This document shows, piece by piece, positions 47,106-48,793 of a stretch of DNA of 48,793 bases (its first letter is position 1; each line of letters opens with the position of its first letter). Both the position numbers and the translations under genes were made by a program. Source of the stretch: Dicyema japonicum (Eukaryota > Animalia > Dicyemida). The stretch lies in assembly GCA_011109175.1 (NCBI GenBank), contig RDEW01000021.1, positions 830,049-878,841 of the forward strand, written 5' to 3'. The notes under the pieces are model-generated. The model was not told where the DNA came from. It made no database searches and saw only the letters and a list, made by a program, of their open reading frames with translations.

Positions 47106-48350
47106 CTAAGTCCGTTTATTATACGAGTTCTGCTTTAATGAGACATTTAGAAGCTTCCCAGGAGCAGCACCAGGCATCGTCCTATTAAGTGCATTTATGG
47201 CATTACAGGCCTCATCCAGCTTCACAAAGTTCACAAACCCCACAGCCGTCGGTACTCCCCCCTTACCGATCCCAGGGACCACATTCACATGAGTAATAGC
47301 ACCAAAAGGGGCAAATAGCTGAAACAAATGAAGACTTGTAGAATCAGGCGACAGGTTAGATATATAAATGCACGTGTTTAAAGTCGGCGAATAAGTCTCA
47401 TTTGAGGGAAGAGGAATCGGAATCGCAGGAGGAATTGGAGCCGTCTCTCCCATCATCCCAAATCGTAGATTGGGAGAACAAACACGTGACATAGACTGCA
47501 GATTATTCATCTGGGTAATCGGCGGAGGGTAAGGAGGAGCATGGGGAACCACGTGTGGGGGATATGGCTGTTGAGGAAAATACTCCTGCATATAAGGGGG
47601 ACAATTTGCAACCACTGATTGGGTAGGGGGTATTTGAGAATAGTAAGACATAATCGGTGGATACATGTAAGTAGGTGCACGTGGTACGTGGGGACGGGCG
47701 TGTTTGACTACCAGTTGTCGGCCATCATCCATCGTTTTTCCGTTGAGAGCAGTAATAGCCTGTTCGGCCGCGGAACGGGAGGTGAATCTCACCATTCCGG
47801 TGGAGCGGGAGTGACCCTGGTTATCGCAGAAAAGTTTGTGGGAGACAATTTCTCCAAACGGATCAAAAATGGCCTTCATTCCATCCTCAGTGAGACCGGT
47901 GTTGAGGTTCTGGATGTACAAGTTGGCGTGCTGGCTCTCATTGTTGGCTTCACGAGCAAAAGAAACCTTGGATTACCTCGTTGGATACTCTGATAGTCTT
48001 ATTCTCTATTTTCTGTCCGTTCATGGCAGTGATGGCTCTCTGGGCTTCTTCCGTGGTGTTGAAGTTGACGAATCCATAACTAAGGGACTTTCCGGTAGTT
48101 TTGTCAGTCATGAGACGGCAGCTGTGGATCTAAAAGTCAAAGATTATGAAAACTGGACAAATGTTGGTAAACAGAGCACTGAGGGCATCTTCGGTCATAC
48201 TGGCGGGGAGGTAGTTCACGATTAGCCCCACATAAGGGTCTCCCGTGGTTTTCGACTGTTCAGGCTTGGGATCAGCCTTTGTTGGACTAAGGGTTATGGA
48301 CACGTGCACTTTGTGACGAAACGCGGATCAATTCCCTCGTAGAAGGACTC
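47106..48350 (-). CDS. ELAVL: ELAV/Hu family RNA-binding protein (3 RRMs); start unresolved
   Basis: LIVNYLPASMTE, TGKSLSYGFVNF, KTIR/VSFAR, ANLYIQNL, CIYISNLSPDS..LFQLFAPFGA, LNVSLKQN. Introns of 23, 24 and 22 nt; TAG at 47106. Confidence 0.93.
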
Positions 48351-48793
48351 TAAGTGGATGTTATAATAAGCACGTGCTGCTATGCAAGTAACTTATATTC
48401 CATTTTAAGATGATTTTCCATGCAAAGTAAAATAATTTGTGAGTGCTATTATACGTAGCGAAAATTATTAACACAAACCAACAGGATCCATCACACTCGT
48501 TTTTTTTAATTTAATTTATTTCTAAGTTATAATTATAAAATAGAATTTTATGTTTTCGTTTCCTTACCTCCTTGTAGTTTGAAAAATACTTTCTCCGTTA
48601 ACGATGAAAAAAATCACTAGTAGCTTTCGCTCATAAAAGATTAAACAACCTAGGGTTATGAGGTAAACAAATTTCTGCGTCTTTAAAAATCAAATTGTAC
48701 AATATGTTCGTAAAACCGGTTTTACTGTACAATTCTTCTACCTGGGCACTCAATGCCTGAAATGGAAAGTCTGAACTCCTTTCATAGAATGCA

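Noticed and set aside
4050-48350. Ciliate-type code (TAA/TAG = Gln)
   Set aside because: Conserved genes reconstruct without in-frame TAA/TAG, and TGA, TAG and TAA all occur as terminators at homologous C-termini.
21069-48350. Functional cluster of RNA-processing genes (SPEN, CWC15, Schlafen-like, ZC3H18, ELAV)
   Set aside because: They are interspersed with unrelated genes. Reduced genomes are enriched for such housekeeping functions, so chance is sufficient without synteny data.
48710-48725. Perfect 16-bp palindrome GTAAAACCGGTTTTAC next to a TACAGT-type end
   Set aside because: It may be a Tc1/pogo terminus, but no partner end or transposase is visible in the window.
1-48793. CRISPR arrays, rRNA genes or prokaryotic operons
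   Set aside because: None seen; the repeats lack spacer structure and the genes are intron-containing eukaryotic genes.

Overview
AT-rich (roughly 35% GC, my estimate), gene-dense eukaryotic nuclear DNA. Coding sequences are split by many tiny spliceosomal introns, mostly 21-27 nt, so the ORF track fragments nearly every gene. The gene set is metazoan (SPEN, ELAV/Hu, STRIP, an Ig-domain membrane protein) and includes a motile-cilium gene (EFCAB2/DRC8). Together with about 22-25 nt introns this best fits a dicyemid mesozoan (inference only). Genes reconstructed by hand: SLC46-like transporter, Ig-superfamily type I membrane protein, Cdc20, a compact SPEN, CWC15, EFCAB2, a Schlafen/AlbA_2-domain protein, STRIP1/2, a miniature zinc-finger-less ZC3H18-like protein and ELAV, plus several unidentified genes. 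Intergenic DNA is full of decayed transposons: RTE, I/Jockey-group and CRE non-LTR fragments, hAT and pogo/Tigger remnants, six copies of a tRNA-headed SINE and four copies of an unclassified repeat. About 15 local tandem duplications of 90-300 bp, five with a single N at the junction, look like haplotype or overlap assembly artefacts. One of them preserves both the filled and the empty allele of an RTE insertion. Strongest leads: the minimal ZC3H18, an apparent GT-GG micro-intron in EFCAB2, the Schlafen-like putative RNase, the polymorphic RTE and the unclassified repeat. All protein identifications come from remembered family motifs, not database searches; boundaries of repeats and hypothetical genes are approximate.
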